A stretch of 64,000 bases of DNA, from positions 224,001 to 288,000 of the forward strand of contig OY820579.1 of the NCBI GenBank assembly GCA_963681965.1, in the 5' to 3' direction. Positions 1-9,334 of the stretch are shown here, one piece after another. The notes under the pieces were generated by a model that saw nothing but the letters and a program-made list of their open reading frames with translations, was not told where the DNA came from and did no database searches. Positions within the stretch are counted from its first letter, which is position 1. Every line of letters begins with the position of its first letter. Origin of the DNA: a bacterium (lineage in GTDB: Bacteria; Electryoneota; JAOADG01). Position numbers and translations under genes: made by a program.

Positions 1-1
1 A

Positions 2-181
2 ACCTCGCCAGCGATCGGAGCCGGTCTCGATGGCGTCGATTGCGGTATGTTCGGTGGATCGAATCCCTATGTATTATCGGGCATTCCCAATCTTCCGACA
101 ATTACCTTTATCAGTGCACCGACTTCGGGTAGCACGCTTAACGGACTACCGGTAACGATCCGCGCACGTGGACGGAATTAA
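2..181 (+). CDS. C-terminal fragment of a gene running off the left edge; tail typical of secreted beta-helix-type proteins
   Basis: Open frame from base 2: TSPAIGAGLDGVDCGMFGGSNPYVLSGIPNLPTITFISAPTSGSTLNGLPVTIRARGRN*, with TAA at 179-181. The SPAIGAG..D.G.FGG motif resembles C-termini of parallel beta-helix proteins. Not in the ORF track because there is no start codon. Confidence 0.7.
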   Translation, partial: TSPAIGAGLDGVDCGMFGGSNPYVLSGIPNLPTITFISAPTSGSTLNGLPVTIRARGRN

Positions 182-200
182 AATCCAAGGGGGTGGCATT

Positions 201-1625
201 ATGCCAATACGAATTGGATTGATTGTGCAGATTATCGCCATGCTAGCGGCAGTGCATATCGTTGCAGCATCGCCCATCGCAGGCGCCGAGTATTTTTTCG
301 ATAACGATCCCGGATATGGTCTAGGAACATCGATTGCGATGCAACAAGGGGATTCAATCCAGTGTTCGTTCCGGACCACAACAACAGCACCCGGTTTTCA
401 CATGTTGTATATTCGCGCTCGAGATACTCTAGGCATCTGGGGACCGCCGACTCGACTCCAAATCTGGAGTGAAGCTATCGATAGTTTACCCGCAAATATT
501 CGATCACTGGAGTATTTTTTCGATACCGATCCCGGTATCGGAAGCGGTATTCACATCGGTGACTTTAGTACAATTTCAGTGAACTCTTCGCTGATCGCCG
601 ATTGTTCCACTCTCTCTTTGGGCTTTCATTCGCTGTATGTTCGAACGATCGATGGTGTGGGGAAACCATCGTTCCCGATCAAACGTCCGATCTGGGTGGA
701 ATCATCGCAACTGACGCCATCCAATATTACCGCGGCGGAATATTTTTTCGATAACGATCCCGGACGGGGCGGTGGAACTGCGATTCCATTAACGAGTAAT
801 AGTCAAGTCCAACTCAATTTTATCGCGGATCTATCAACCTTATCGCCCGGCATTCACACGCTCTTTTCCAGAGTAAAAGATTCTTACAATAATTGGGGAT
901 TTCCGATCGGAAAGACTTTTTGGGTAGAAGCGCAGGCTAGCACAAATCCAAATATTACCGCAGCGGAATATTTTATGGATTCCGATCCGGGTCGGGGAAA
1001 TGGAACAGCCGTGAGTGTTGTACCGGGGCAGTCCATTGTCACATCGTTTCGCGTGAATTTAACTCAATTCAATTCAGGATTCCATATCCTGTTTATCCGG
1101 GTTCGCGATTCGGTGAAATGGGGTCCTCCGGTGGGTCATGGTGTTTGGGTAGAACGATTGTCGGCAACTGCTGTTCCGATTGTTTCCGGCGAATATTTTA
1201 TCGATACCGATCCGGGATACAATCACGGAACTCCACTTAGTGTCAGCGAAAGTGATTCGGTTACGATTGCCTTCAATGTCGATTTCTCTACAATCACAGC
1301 GGGTTATCACAATTTATTCATCCGTACCCGAGATGCTCAAGGGCGGTGGAGTATGCCTTTGAGTCATCGGTTATTGATTTCCTCGCCGCCGGGTGTACCA
1401 CAAGCTTTATTGATTCAATATCAAAACCAAAACGCTTATTTAAACTGGACCCTGGTCGATGATTCAGAAATTCAGGAGTACCGGATTTATCGCGACACCA
1501 CCGGATATTTTTCTCCTCCCGAACAAGGAACACTCGTTGGATCAGTAAATGCAACAACGAATACATTTATCGATTCGAATGTTAGTGATCGATATTTTTA
1601 CCGCGTAACAGCCTTCAAGCCGTAA
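201..1625 (+). CDS. Secreted protein with five EYF[FMI]DxDPG Ig-like repeats and an FN3-like C-terminal domain
   Basis: ATG at 201 after a GGGGG SD-like site; hydrophobic signal peptide; five ~75-aa repeats (EYFFDNDPG, EYFFDTDPG, EYFFDNDPG, EYFMDSDPG, EYFIDTDPG); ends LNW...YRIYR...FYRVTA. Confidence 0.85.
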   Translation: MPIRIGLIVQIIAMLAAVHIVAASPIAGAEYFFDNDPGYGLGTSIAMQQGDSIQCSFRTTTTAPGFHMLYIRARDTLGIWGPPTRLQIWSEAIDSLPANIRSLEYFFDTDPGIGSGIHIGDFSTISVNSSLIADCSTLSLGFHSLYVRTIDGVGKPSFPIKRPIWVESSQLTPSNITAAEYFFDNDPGRGGGTAIPLTSNSQVQLNFIADLSTLSPGIHTLFSRVKDSYNNWGFPIGKTFWVEAQASTNPNITAAEYFMDSDPGRGNGTAVSVVPGQSIVTSFRVNLTQFNSGFHILFIRVRDSVKWGPPVGHGVWVERLSATAVPIVSGEYFIDTDPGYNHGTPLSVSESDSVTIAFNVDFSTITAGYHNLFIRTRDAQGRWSMPLSHRLLISSPPGVPQALLIQYQNQNAYLNWTLVDDSEIQEYRIYRDTTGYFSPPEQGTLVGSVNATTNTFIDSNVSDRYFYRVTAFKP

Positions 1626-1632
1626 GAAATGA

Positions 1633-1665
1633 AATGGGCGGTAGTATAATGCTACCGCCCGTTTT
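1633..1665. terminator. Intrinsic terminator between convergent genes
   Basis: GGGCGGTAG-N7-CTACCGCCC followed by GTTTT. Confidence 0.75.
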
Positions 1666-1682
1666 CAAGTATGACCATCTGC

Positions 1683-2546
1683 TTATTTTTTGAGACTATC
1701 CAACTTTACACGACAGATAACCGCGGTAACCGAATCCATTGCCGCAAGTGTTTCCAATTGTTGGACGTTCTGCATCCGAAAAGCGGCATCGGCAAGCAAT
1801 TTACCACTGGCAGTGAGAAATTGCTGTCGATCATCGAGTTTTAATTTGGGTAGTAATACAAATGCCGAATCGATAAACAGCTTCGCCTCCCGGGGATTAT
1901 TCACCGAAAGATATTCACCGGTGTAGGCATAATACCGGAATAGTCGATACGGTTTATTTGCGGGAGATGCGATTTGCGACAACAAATCGCAACGTTCGTT
2001 CCAACCACTGACATAGCGAGTATCGAACTTACCTTGATCCGAAACCGCGCGGGCGCGCGTCAACCAGATTTCACCGCCATAGATATCCCATTTATCGAAT
2101 TCCTCTGCCAAAACCAGCATCGTGTAAAATTCTATTGCTGCCAACATTGGGTGATAAGAACCGCGAGAAATTGATTTCCAATCCGGAATGGGAAACACCC
2201 ATCGTTTATCGGTGTACTGAGTCTCTGCCCCATTTGATACTAATAGAAATGTTTTGTAGGTACGATCGATCGGGCTGTCGTTCACCTGATCGATATAAAT
2301 TCCGATGTTCAACGGAACATTATACTCGAACGGGTTTTCATGCCACCGAGGGGTTGTTAGATACCGAACCAGAGCACGATCGGCTCCCGCCCAATATGGT
2401 TTGAATTCGTCCGGCGTTTTATCGAGATTGATCGTAATCGTAGGGGTGATTGCCTGTGCAAATAAAGAATTATCAATTGGTATGATTACACAAAGAACAA
2501 AAAGAGTGATAATGGCGATATTTATCTTGCTAAATAGTTTCAGCAC
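1683..2546 (-). CDS. DUF4835 family protein (PorD-like, T9SS-associated)
   Basis: Motifs LAAIEFYTMLVLAEEFDKW..YGG, SGW..R..L and YRLFRYYAY resemble DUF4835. Signal peptide follows GTG at 2546; the ORF-track start at 2630 overlaps the divergent gene. Confidence 0.65.
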   Translation of the reverse strand: MLKLFSKINIAIITLFVLCVIIPIDNSLFAQAITPTITINLDKTPDEFKPYWAGADRALVRYLTTPRWHENPFEYNVPLNIGIYIDQVNDSPIDRTYKTFLLVSNGAETQYTDKRWVFPIPDWKSISRGSYHPMLAAIEFYTMLVLAEEFDKWDIYGGEIWLTRARAVSDQGKFDTRYVSGWNERCDLLSQIASPANKPYRLFRYYAYTGEYLSVNNPREAKLFIDSAFVLLPKLKLDDRQQFLTASGKLLADAAFRMQNVQQLETLAAMDSVTAVICRVKLDSLKK

Positions 2547-2580
2547 ATTATAAATTGATCTGTTCAGCACGAGACGATCC

Positions 2581-3384
2581 GTGAAAGCGTGTTTTCTATT
2601 CATAATCAATCTCCTGATTTTGACTGGCACTGCTCAGGCAGCATGGGAGTGGCGCGATCGAAATGCTCAGGAATGGGCAATGTCACTTCCATTTTTGAAT
2701 GAATCCCTTCAAGATAGTGGAAGTTGGCAGGTTATCGCTACTGTTTCACACCCATTTCAAATTTCCGATATCTCGGCAGGTCATTTACAGGGAATTTACC
2801 GCACTTCTTCATTCGCCGTCAAATCCTCGCTATCCCAAGTTGGCACCGATGGTTACCGCGAAACGTCACTAATGGTCGCCAGCGGTCTCCGTCGTAACCA
2901 CTTAACTGGATTAGTGGGCATTCGGCTCGGTCGAGTCGATGTACCTCCGCTCCCGATTCGCTACCGGGAAGCGGTGCACTTCGAAAGTCAGTGGGTTGAT
3001 CGGTGGTGGTCTTTGGGCGGTCGATACCAATTTCCGCTGCAGAATTTTGGCGATCCAGTGGCGCTACCTCGATCAATAGCGGTGGTAGGAATGGTTGAAC
3101 CGACAAAAGACCTTCGAGTTGGAATTGGGTGGGAGCACATAAGATCCATTTCGACTATAGGTATTGGAGGCGAATGGAAACCCGTTCGCGAATTGGCGTT
3201 GCGTATCGGGATCGATCCGGACAACGGCTGGAGTGCCGGTATCACCGTACGTTACAAATATTTCTCATTTTCATTTGCATCGTTTTTAATCGAACCAGCG
3301 GGGTGGTCTTCGCTCTGGACAGTGGAAGCGGGACCGCAACCACCGGAACCGACGGGATATCGGTATCCAGTAACGATGCCGTAA
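2581..3384 (+). CDS. Putative outer-membrane beta-barrel protein (PorV/PorQ-like size)
   Basis: Signal peptide ending AQA; alternating amphipathic strands with IGIGGEW...LALRIG...WSAGITVRY. Confidence 0.55.
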   Translation: MKACFLFIINLLILTGTAQAAWEWRDRNAQEWAMSLPFLNESLQDSGSWQVIATVSHPFQISDISAGHLQGIYRTSSFAVKSSLSQVGTDGYRETSLMVASGLRRNHLTGLVGIRLGRVDVPPLPIRYREAVHFESQWVDRWWSLGGRYQFPLQNFGDPVALPRSIAVVGMVEPTKDLRVGIGWEHIRSISTIGIGGEWKPVRELALRIGIDPDNGWSAGITVRYKYFSFSFASFLIEPAGWSSLWTVEAGPQPPEPTGYRYPVTMP

Positions 3385-4736
3385 TGGAAGAGTTATACAA
3401 TCTCGAAGATCCCGATCAATTCGACGATCGGTGGCGAATACTGTGGTCGCCGTTGCGCATTCGCAATGGCATCGAATTTTCGTGTCGCGATCAGAAAAAT
3501 TCTATCAATGAAACCATCAAATCTACTTGGCGCAGTCGATTTTCCCTTGACAAGTGGCAGGTCGGAATCGGCATCCGAACGGGATATTCAACTGATCGAG
3601 ATAGTCTTCGCTGGGCGGGTTTTATCAAACGCTTCGATAATGCCAATGAAATTCTGATCGGCGATTTCAAGGCATCATCCCCCGATGGACTGCTACTTGC
3701 CAATCATTCCTACTGGTCTTGGCAATCGGAATCGGAACAGACCATCGTGGGGAGTATCGATCCTAGTACCGATCTACGCGGGATTGGCATCAAACGTGAG
3801 TTTGGAGAGGTTCAATTTGCCATTGGAGGAGGTGATGAGCGGGAAAAATCTGGAAAAAGGGTGAGTTGGTCAACATTAAATTGGAGCAACGAAGCAACGT
3901 CCATCTCGGTTTCCTCATTATTCCTCTCAAATCTTGGATCATTCAATTCTTCACGGTATCAGGGCAGTTCGATGCAGTTGAATACGACACGCGATTATTT
4001 CTCTGTGATCGGGGCAATCACCGCTAACAAAGATGGCAAGGCGTTGCACTCTGTCTTCTTATCGAATCGGTGGGGTAAATCGCGGATCGAATGGTATGGG
4101 AGGCAGGGGCTTATTCCGGACGACCGGAGTAACATGCGTCTCCGGAATTTGCGACAAGGCATCTTTATCGAACAGACCATCGAACGTTCAACGACATATT
4201 GGTTCGCTGCCAAGAGTACATTGTCGGTAACCGGTAATCGCTCTTCAAACGTATCTATGGCGACATCGACACCGGATCGGTCGGATTGTATCGATACCCG
4301 AATCGTTGCTGCGAAAGCGAAAACCGATCAAAAGTTTCAGGCAGGAATTTCCATCAGGAAAGTATCTTACGGAGATAGTTGGGGTCTATCCGGTGACTTT
4401 CGCTATCTCGATGGATCGGTACTTGATCGCAATTTGATTGTCAGTGCCTATGCGCTCAAACAGTATTGGAACGCGCTCTCCATCACAGGATGGATTACCG
4501 GTATTTCAGGCGATCACGGCTATCTGCCAATTTCTGTTGCACCGCTTACTCCTCAATTGACTTTATCCGGATCACCGTCATTAAATCAAGCGGGAGGATA
4601 TCTGGGCGGGAGTGTAAAATGGCAACACGGTGATTTTTTCCTCACACTTGCCGGTTGGGGATTGGTGTTTACAGCAAGTCCTTCGAACTCTGCTGTTCAA
4701 GCCATTCAGCTAACGGGTGGATATCTTCTGCAGTGA
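3174..4736 (+). CDS. Putative outer-membrane beta-barrel protein; start uncertain (3174 or 3384)
   Basis: Long ORF rich in beta-strand patterns (ILIGDFKASSPDGLLL, LRGIGI), ending IQLTGGYLLQ. A signal-peptide-like stretch exists only if the start is upstream of 3384. Confidence 0.6.
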   Translation: METRSRIGVAYRDRSGQRLECRYHRTLQIFLIFICIVFNRTSGVVFALDSGSGTATTGTDGISVSSNDAVMEELYNLEDPDQFDDRWRILWSPLRIRNGIEFSCRDQKNSINETIKSTWRSRFSLDKWQVGIGIRTGYSTDRDSLRWAGFIKRFDNANEILIGDFKASSPDGLLLANHSYWSWQSESEQTIVGSIDPSTDLRGIGIKREFGEVQFAIGGGDEREKSGKRVSWSTLNWSNEATSISVSSLFLSNLGSFNSSRYQGSSMQLNTTRDYFSVIGAITANKDGKALHSVFLSNRWGKSRIEWYGRQGLIPDDRSNMRLRNLRQGIFIEQTIERSTTYWFAAKSTLSVTGNRSSNVSMATSTPDRSDCIDTRIVAAKAKTDQKFQAGISIRKVSYGDSWGLSGDFRYLDGSVLDRNLIVSAYALKQYWNALSITGWITGISGDHGYLPISVAPLTPQLTLSGSPSLNQAGGYLGGSVKWQHGDFFLTLAGWGLVFTASPSNSAVQAIQLTGGYLLQ

Positions 4737-4751
4737 TTCATACCAATGTCG

Positions 4752-6356
4752 CTAGGGTACTTCGATTTCGATTTTTGCTGTCCACAGCGCTTTGCGGTCG
4801 CGATTTGCCAAGAATTGCTCTACGATAAATTTACTGTCCATCGCGATCATTTGATTAAAAACCGGTGTGTCGTTCACGACAACAGTAACCGGTTGATCGA
4901 ACCGAATCATTTTAGGACTTAACAAGATTGAAAACTGCTTGATGCGTGAGGTCTTGATCGTAAACCGATTGCGATCGTATTCTGCTACAATCGCTCCGGA
5001 GCGGGACTTATGGCTGAAAGCCGGCGTAGATTCCGGAGCTGGAAACTTTGCCGACAGAGTTTGTGAAGCACCACCCCGTACAATCGATGCCGTAATCGGA
5101 TCTCCGGATTTTTTCGAACCGCAGATTTGGACAAAATCGTTCGGTGAATGAAGTGTCTGACCATCGACTGCGACAATGATATCTTCCGGTTCGAAACCAA
5201 GCCGAGCTGCAATGGTTTCTTTTTTAGGATCGACCACAGCGACTTTCAAACCGGTTCCCGATTCATCCTGACCCGGAGTAAACCCGTAGGCGATCTGTCC
5301 CGTCGGAATTCCGCAATTGTAATCCTGATACCAGAGTGCCGCCTTTTGTTGCGTTGACAATTTTATAATCGCAATCCAATCACATGATCCGATTCGAGGA
5401 TCCGATGTTTCCCAGTAAATTTTCTTTGGGAACGGGTCGCGACGATTATTTTCAATTCGTTTAATAAATCCGGGATACACTAGCTTCAAGTATCCATAAT
5501 TGTGATCGGCGGTGTCGAAGGAAACATGCGTCAGATTGGCGCCCGCACGTTTTGCCAGTTGAATCATCGGTAACATTTTTGCTGTTGGATACAACCGATC
5601 CTTTCCGCCATTGGTTGCAAAAACTTGCCGATTTCTCAGGTTCGGGACATACAATTGCCAATCGCCAAACAGTGACGCAGCCGCCATGTGACCCGACCAT
5701 GGAAAGAATTGCGCAAAATCATTTGGCATCGCCAAAGCATAGAAGTAAGCACCGGAAGCACCATCGGAGAAGCCGGTCACCGCGATTCGATCGTCGTCGA
5801 TATTGTAGCGTCGTTTGGCTTCGCGAATGAATGTCCGCACATTTTCCATCCCGTTCGGACTCCACCATGCACAATCAAAGCGCGCTTCAGGAAAGAGGTA
5901 GAACCAACCATTCTGCTCACAGAGCTTCATCATGGGTTCTTTGGACAAAATTTCGTCGGTATACGGGTCGAAAGCGCGCTTGCTGTTACCACCATGAAGA
6001 TAGACGATCATTGGCAAGGGAGAACCGTCGTAACATTTCGGAACATAGAGAAACGCGGGAGCGCGGACATTTTCACCAAATGTTCGCGAGAAATGGGCAA
6101 ATTTTCCAATCGTATCCGTTTTAGGATATTCCGAAAATGTCGAAATCCAGTAAAACAGCGATTCCGCAGGTTGGGTAACTAGTTGTTCGACAGCGCTTTT
6201 AGCACTGTTTCGTGAACCGGTGCACAGCGCTTTGATATCGTCTTTCGGCACTGCGAAACCAACCACTGGGAGTACTGTCATAACCCAGCCAACCAGTAAC
6301 ACTATTCGGATTCGGTTGTTTTTCCACTCCATGAAACCTGATCTCCACTCGACCAA
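4752..6356 (-). CDS. Secreted alpha/beta-hydrolase (esterase/peptidase) with an inserted PDZ domain
   Basis: YLHGG oxyanion motif, GFSDG nucleophile elbow, GGKD and DH catalytic residues; PDZ-like segment GFTPG...GLKVAVV...AARLGFEPEDIIVAVDG. Confidence 0.75.
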   Translation of the reverse strand: MVEWRSGFMEWKNNRIRIVLLVGWVMTVLPVVGFAVPKDDIKALCTGSRNSAKSAVEQLVTQPAESLFYWISTFSEYPKTDTIGKFAHFSRTFGENVRAPAFLYVPKCYDGSPLPMIVYLHGGNSKRAFDPYTDEILSKEPMMKLCEQNGWFYLFPEARFDCAWWSPNGMENVRTFIREAKRRYNIDDDRIAVTGFSDGASGAYFYALAMPNDFAQFFPWSGHMAAASLFGDWQLYVPNLRNRQVFATNGGKDRLYPTAKMLPMIQLAKRAGANLTHVSFDTADHNYGYLKLVYPGFIKRIENNRRDPFPKKIYWETSDPRIGSCDWIAIIKLSTQQKAALWYQDYNCGIPTGQIAYGFTPGQDESGTGLKVAVVDPKKETIAARLGFEPEDIIVAVDGQTLHSPNDFVQICGSKKSGDPITASIVRGGASQTLSAKFPAPESTPAFSHKSRSGAIVAEYDRNRFTIKTSRIKQFSILLSPKMIRFDQPVTVVVNDTPVFNQMIAMDSKFIVEQFLANRDRKALWTAKIEIEVP

Positions 6357-6483
6357 ACAACAATGTAGTACTTAATAACCTATTCAAGAACATGCATCAC
6401 TCCCCACATCTTAACCAGATTGAATTAATCTTAACCTTCTACCAACCTTGAATTGAATGAGCGCAGATTTCGATGTATTTTGA

Positions 6484-7809
6484 ATGATTATGCATACAAT
6501 AATCGATCTAATTGAGAAGAAACAGCAGGGTAAAGAACTCACACGCAATGAATTGCGCGATTTTGTACTCGGATATCACCGCGGTGAAGTACCCGATTAT
6601 CAAATGGCTGCGTTTTTAATGGCGGTTTATTTCCGTGGAATGACCCCGGAAGAAACGTCTGCGCTGCTCGACACGATGGTTGAAAGCGGTGTAAAGCTAA
6701 AATGGGAAGGACTTAATGGACCGGTAGTCGACAAGCACTCTACCGGCGGCGTAGGCGACAAGATCTCGCTGATGCTGGCACCATTGCTCGTCGCCGATGG
6801 TTGTTACGTTCCGATGATTTCCGGTCGCGGATTGGGTCACACCGGTGGTACACTGGATAAGTTGGATGCCATTCCCGGATTTCGAACTCGTGTTTCCCTC
6901 GAAGAAATTAAGTCGCTGCTCCCGAGAATCGGATGCGTTTTAGCGGGTCAAACCGCCGAATTGGCACCAGCCGACCGGAAAATGTACTCTTTGCGCGATG
7001 TGACCTCGACGGTTCGCGCAGTACCTCTGATCACGGCATCGATCCTTTCCAAAAAGTGCTCGGAAGGGTTGAATGGTCTGGTGATCGATTTGAAAGTCGG
7101 TCACGGTGCTTTCAGCGATACGAAAGAGTTTGCCGAGAAACTAGCACAAGCGCTTTACGAAAACGCTACGCGAGCCGATATTTCGACCCGAATACTGCTA
7201 ACAGCCATGGATACTCCAATCGGTCGCACGATCGGTAATTGGCTGGAAACCCGCGAAGCAATTGAATGGTTGCATGGTCGAAGCGATTTGATTGAAGTCA
7301 ATGAACTAACGCTATCGCTTGGCGCAGAAGTTCTGGATGCTGTTGGAAAAGGTCCATTCGACGCTGCGTATCAGCGGTTGGAAGGGTATTGGAAGTCTGG
7401 CTGCGGAGTGGAAATCTTTGCGAAAATTGTCGCTGCACAAGGTGGCGATGCCGATGTTATATTCCATCCCGAAAAAATGCCCAATGCACCGATCATTAAA
7501 ACCGTAACGGCTTCACGTGACGGTTATCTTAATGGCGCCGATGCGTTGTGGTTCGGCAAGGCTGGGGTAATTCTCGGTGCTGGACGAAGAGTCGTCTCCG
7601 ACTCGGTCGATCCGCTCGCCGGTTTTGTTTTTCTCAAAGCCTGGGGTGATTTTGTAAAAGCCGGTGAACCCATTGTTGAAGTGCACGGATCGAACGAGAC
7701 TGCGGTGGCAGATGTTATTCGCGATTTACCGCAATCACTGACAATTGAATCGGAACGCAAAGTTTTATCAAGTTGGGTTTTGGCGCGGCACGAGGGGAAA
7801 TCTTTCTAA
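6484..7809 (+). CDS. pdp: Pyrimidine-nucleoside/thymidine phosphorylase
   Basis: DKHSTGGVGDK, SGRGLGHTGGTLDKL, LAPADRKMYSLRDVT and SILSKK motifs. Confidence 0.95.
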   Translation: MIMHTIIDLIEKKQQGKELTRNELRDFVLGYHRGEVPDYQMAAFLMAVYFRGMTPEETSALLDTMVESGVKLKWEGLNGPVVDKHSTGGVGDKISLMLAPLLVADGCYVPMISGRGLGHTGGTLDKLDAIPGFRTRVSLEEIKSLLPRIGCVLAGQTAELAPADRKMYSLRDVTSTVRAVPLITASILSKKCSEGLNGLVIDLKVGHGAFSDTKEFAEKLAQALYENATRADISTRILLTAMDTPIGRTIGNWLETREAIEWLHGRSDLIEVNELTLSLGAEVLDAVGKGPFDAAYQRLEGYWKSGCGVEIFAKIVAAQGGDADVIFHPEKMPNAPIIKTVTASRDGYLNGADALWFGKAGVILGAGRRVVSDSVDPLAGFVFLKAWGDFVKAGEPIVEVHGSNETAVADVIRDLPQSLTIESERKVLSSWVLARHEGKSF

Positions 7810-7900
7810 TCTTTCTGAAAGCTTTTCGATCCTTTATGCCTTATGCTTATATTGAGTCAATGGTTTTTAATCAATTCACAATCCATAGCAAGGATCACTT

Positions 7901-8287
7901 ATGACGATGAAAAATCGGATTCTCGTGGTCGACGACGATGTTGCGATTGCAGAATTTCTACATTCGTTCCTTGCCCAAAAAGGGTACGATGTACAATCGG
8001 TACATTCGGGTAAAGACGCTATCCGCACTGTCACAGAATGGCACCCACAGTTGGTATTATTGGATATCATGATGCCGGATTACGATGGGTACACCACTCT
8101 GGAAAAGCTGTTGCAACAAAACGAAGATCTCTGCGTTATTATGATTACCGCATTGGATAGTCTCGATTCCGGGCGGAAAGCGTTAAAGATGGGTGCCGCC
8201 GACTATATCACCAAACCACTGGATTTGGAATACCTCGAACATTCCGTTGTAGGCAAATTGCGATCTTTACTTCATGAACCGTTGTAG
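7901..8287 (+). CDS. Single-domain response regulator (receiver only)
   Basis: ILVVDDD, LLDIMMP, IMITA, DYITKP. Confidence 0.9.
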   Translation: MTMKNRILVVDDDVAIAEFLHSFLAQKGYDVQSVHSGKDAIRTVTEWHPQLVLLDIMMPDYDGYTTLEKLLQQNEDLCVIMITALDSLDSGRKALKMGAADYITKPLDLEYLEHSVVGKLRSLLHEPL

Positions 8288-8290
8288 TCG

Positions 8291-9334
8291 ATGATTCCCT
8301 GGCTTGCCGAACGCATTTGTTTTTTTTATCGACCTGAGTTTACCCCTCATCAGTACCCGGAGCGAATACTCATCTTAGCTCCGGGCAATTTGCGCACTGC
8401 TATCGCAGTACTCTCACCGTTGTCCTATGTGATGGATGAATACCCCTCCTGCGAATTTCTCTTGGTTGTTTCGCCCGATGCTATTTCGCTGCTACAAACA
8501 ATTGATCCGCGAGTGACAATCACTCCATGGGTAGGTAATTGTTCATCAAAGCATTATCGAGCCGATTCTGAAGCATTTCGATTTTGGTCTTCTTTCGATC
8601 CGGATTGGGTGATTGCGACAACCCCGAACTGTGCAAGACTTGCAAACCGATTTGAGGCTCCCATCAAGATGGGATATTGCTTTGGACCGATCGACGAAAA
8701 CCGACGTAGCGGTTGGTTGACCTATTCGAGTCGACGATCCGAAGGGTGGCGAAGTTGGTTTTCCAAGATACCGGGTAACATAACGGCAGAATATCCCGCG
8801 ATGTTGGCACCACCTTTTGAAGAAATCGATCGCGCTGAATTGGAATGGGAATCTCCGCACGGTAACCGGATCATGTTATTGACCGATACTGGCAAAAAGA
8901 ATATTCATTTCTGGCAGGGCTTGAATGACCGTCTACTATTTGATGGATTCAATCCAATTCTTCATACGGATATTTCTAACGACCGATCTGACAATGAAGT
9001 CGACGAGAAATCACTTTTGGTGACTCGTAAACCACTCAATCTTATCGAATCATTTGCGTTATGTTGTACTGCAGATGTATGTATCACAGGCACAGAAACG
9101 ACCGGGGTATTAGCTGCAATCAGTGGAACACCAACAGGGCGATTCGATAATCTCGGCGGGCTATGGGAAGGGGATCGATCTTACCCATTGGTTTATCGAG
9201 CCGAGTTGGAAGCGGACATTGCAACCGCTGTTACTTATATCCAAGGAATAATCCCGCAACCCTCCCCTCTCGACGAGGATCCCTCTCAACTTAATATCTC
9301 TTCGCGCTTTGCGCTAAATGACGATTTCGAGTAG
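8291..9334 (+). CDS. Divergent GT9 (heptosyltransferase)-like protein
   Basis: RILILAPGNL...SPL, and ALCCTADVCITGTETTGVLAAISGTPT echoing the GT9 motif ADLxIGNDSGPxHLAAAxGTPT. Confidence 0.5.
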   Translation: MIPWLAERICFFYRPEFTPHQYPERILILAPGNLRTAIAVLSPLSYVMDEYPSCEFLLVVSPDAISLLQTIDPRVTITPWVGNCSSKHYRADSEAFRFWSSFDPDWVIATTPNCARLANRFEAPIKMGYCFGPIDENRRSGWLTYSSRRSEGWRSWFSKIPGNITAEYPAMLAPPFEEIDRAELEWESPHGNRIMLLTDTGKKNIHFWQGLNDRLLFDGFNPILHTDISNDRSDNEVDEKSLLVTRKPLNLIESFALCCTADVCITGTETTGVLAAISGTPTGRFDNLGGLWEGDRSYPLVYRAELEADIATAVTYIQGIIPQPSPLDEDPSQLNISSRFALNDDFE

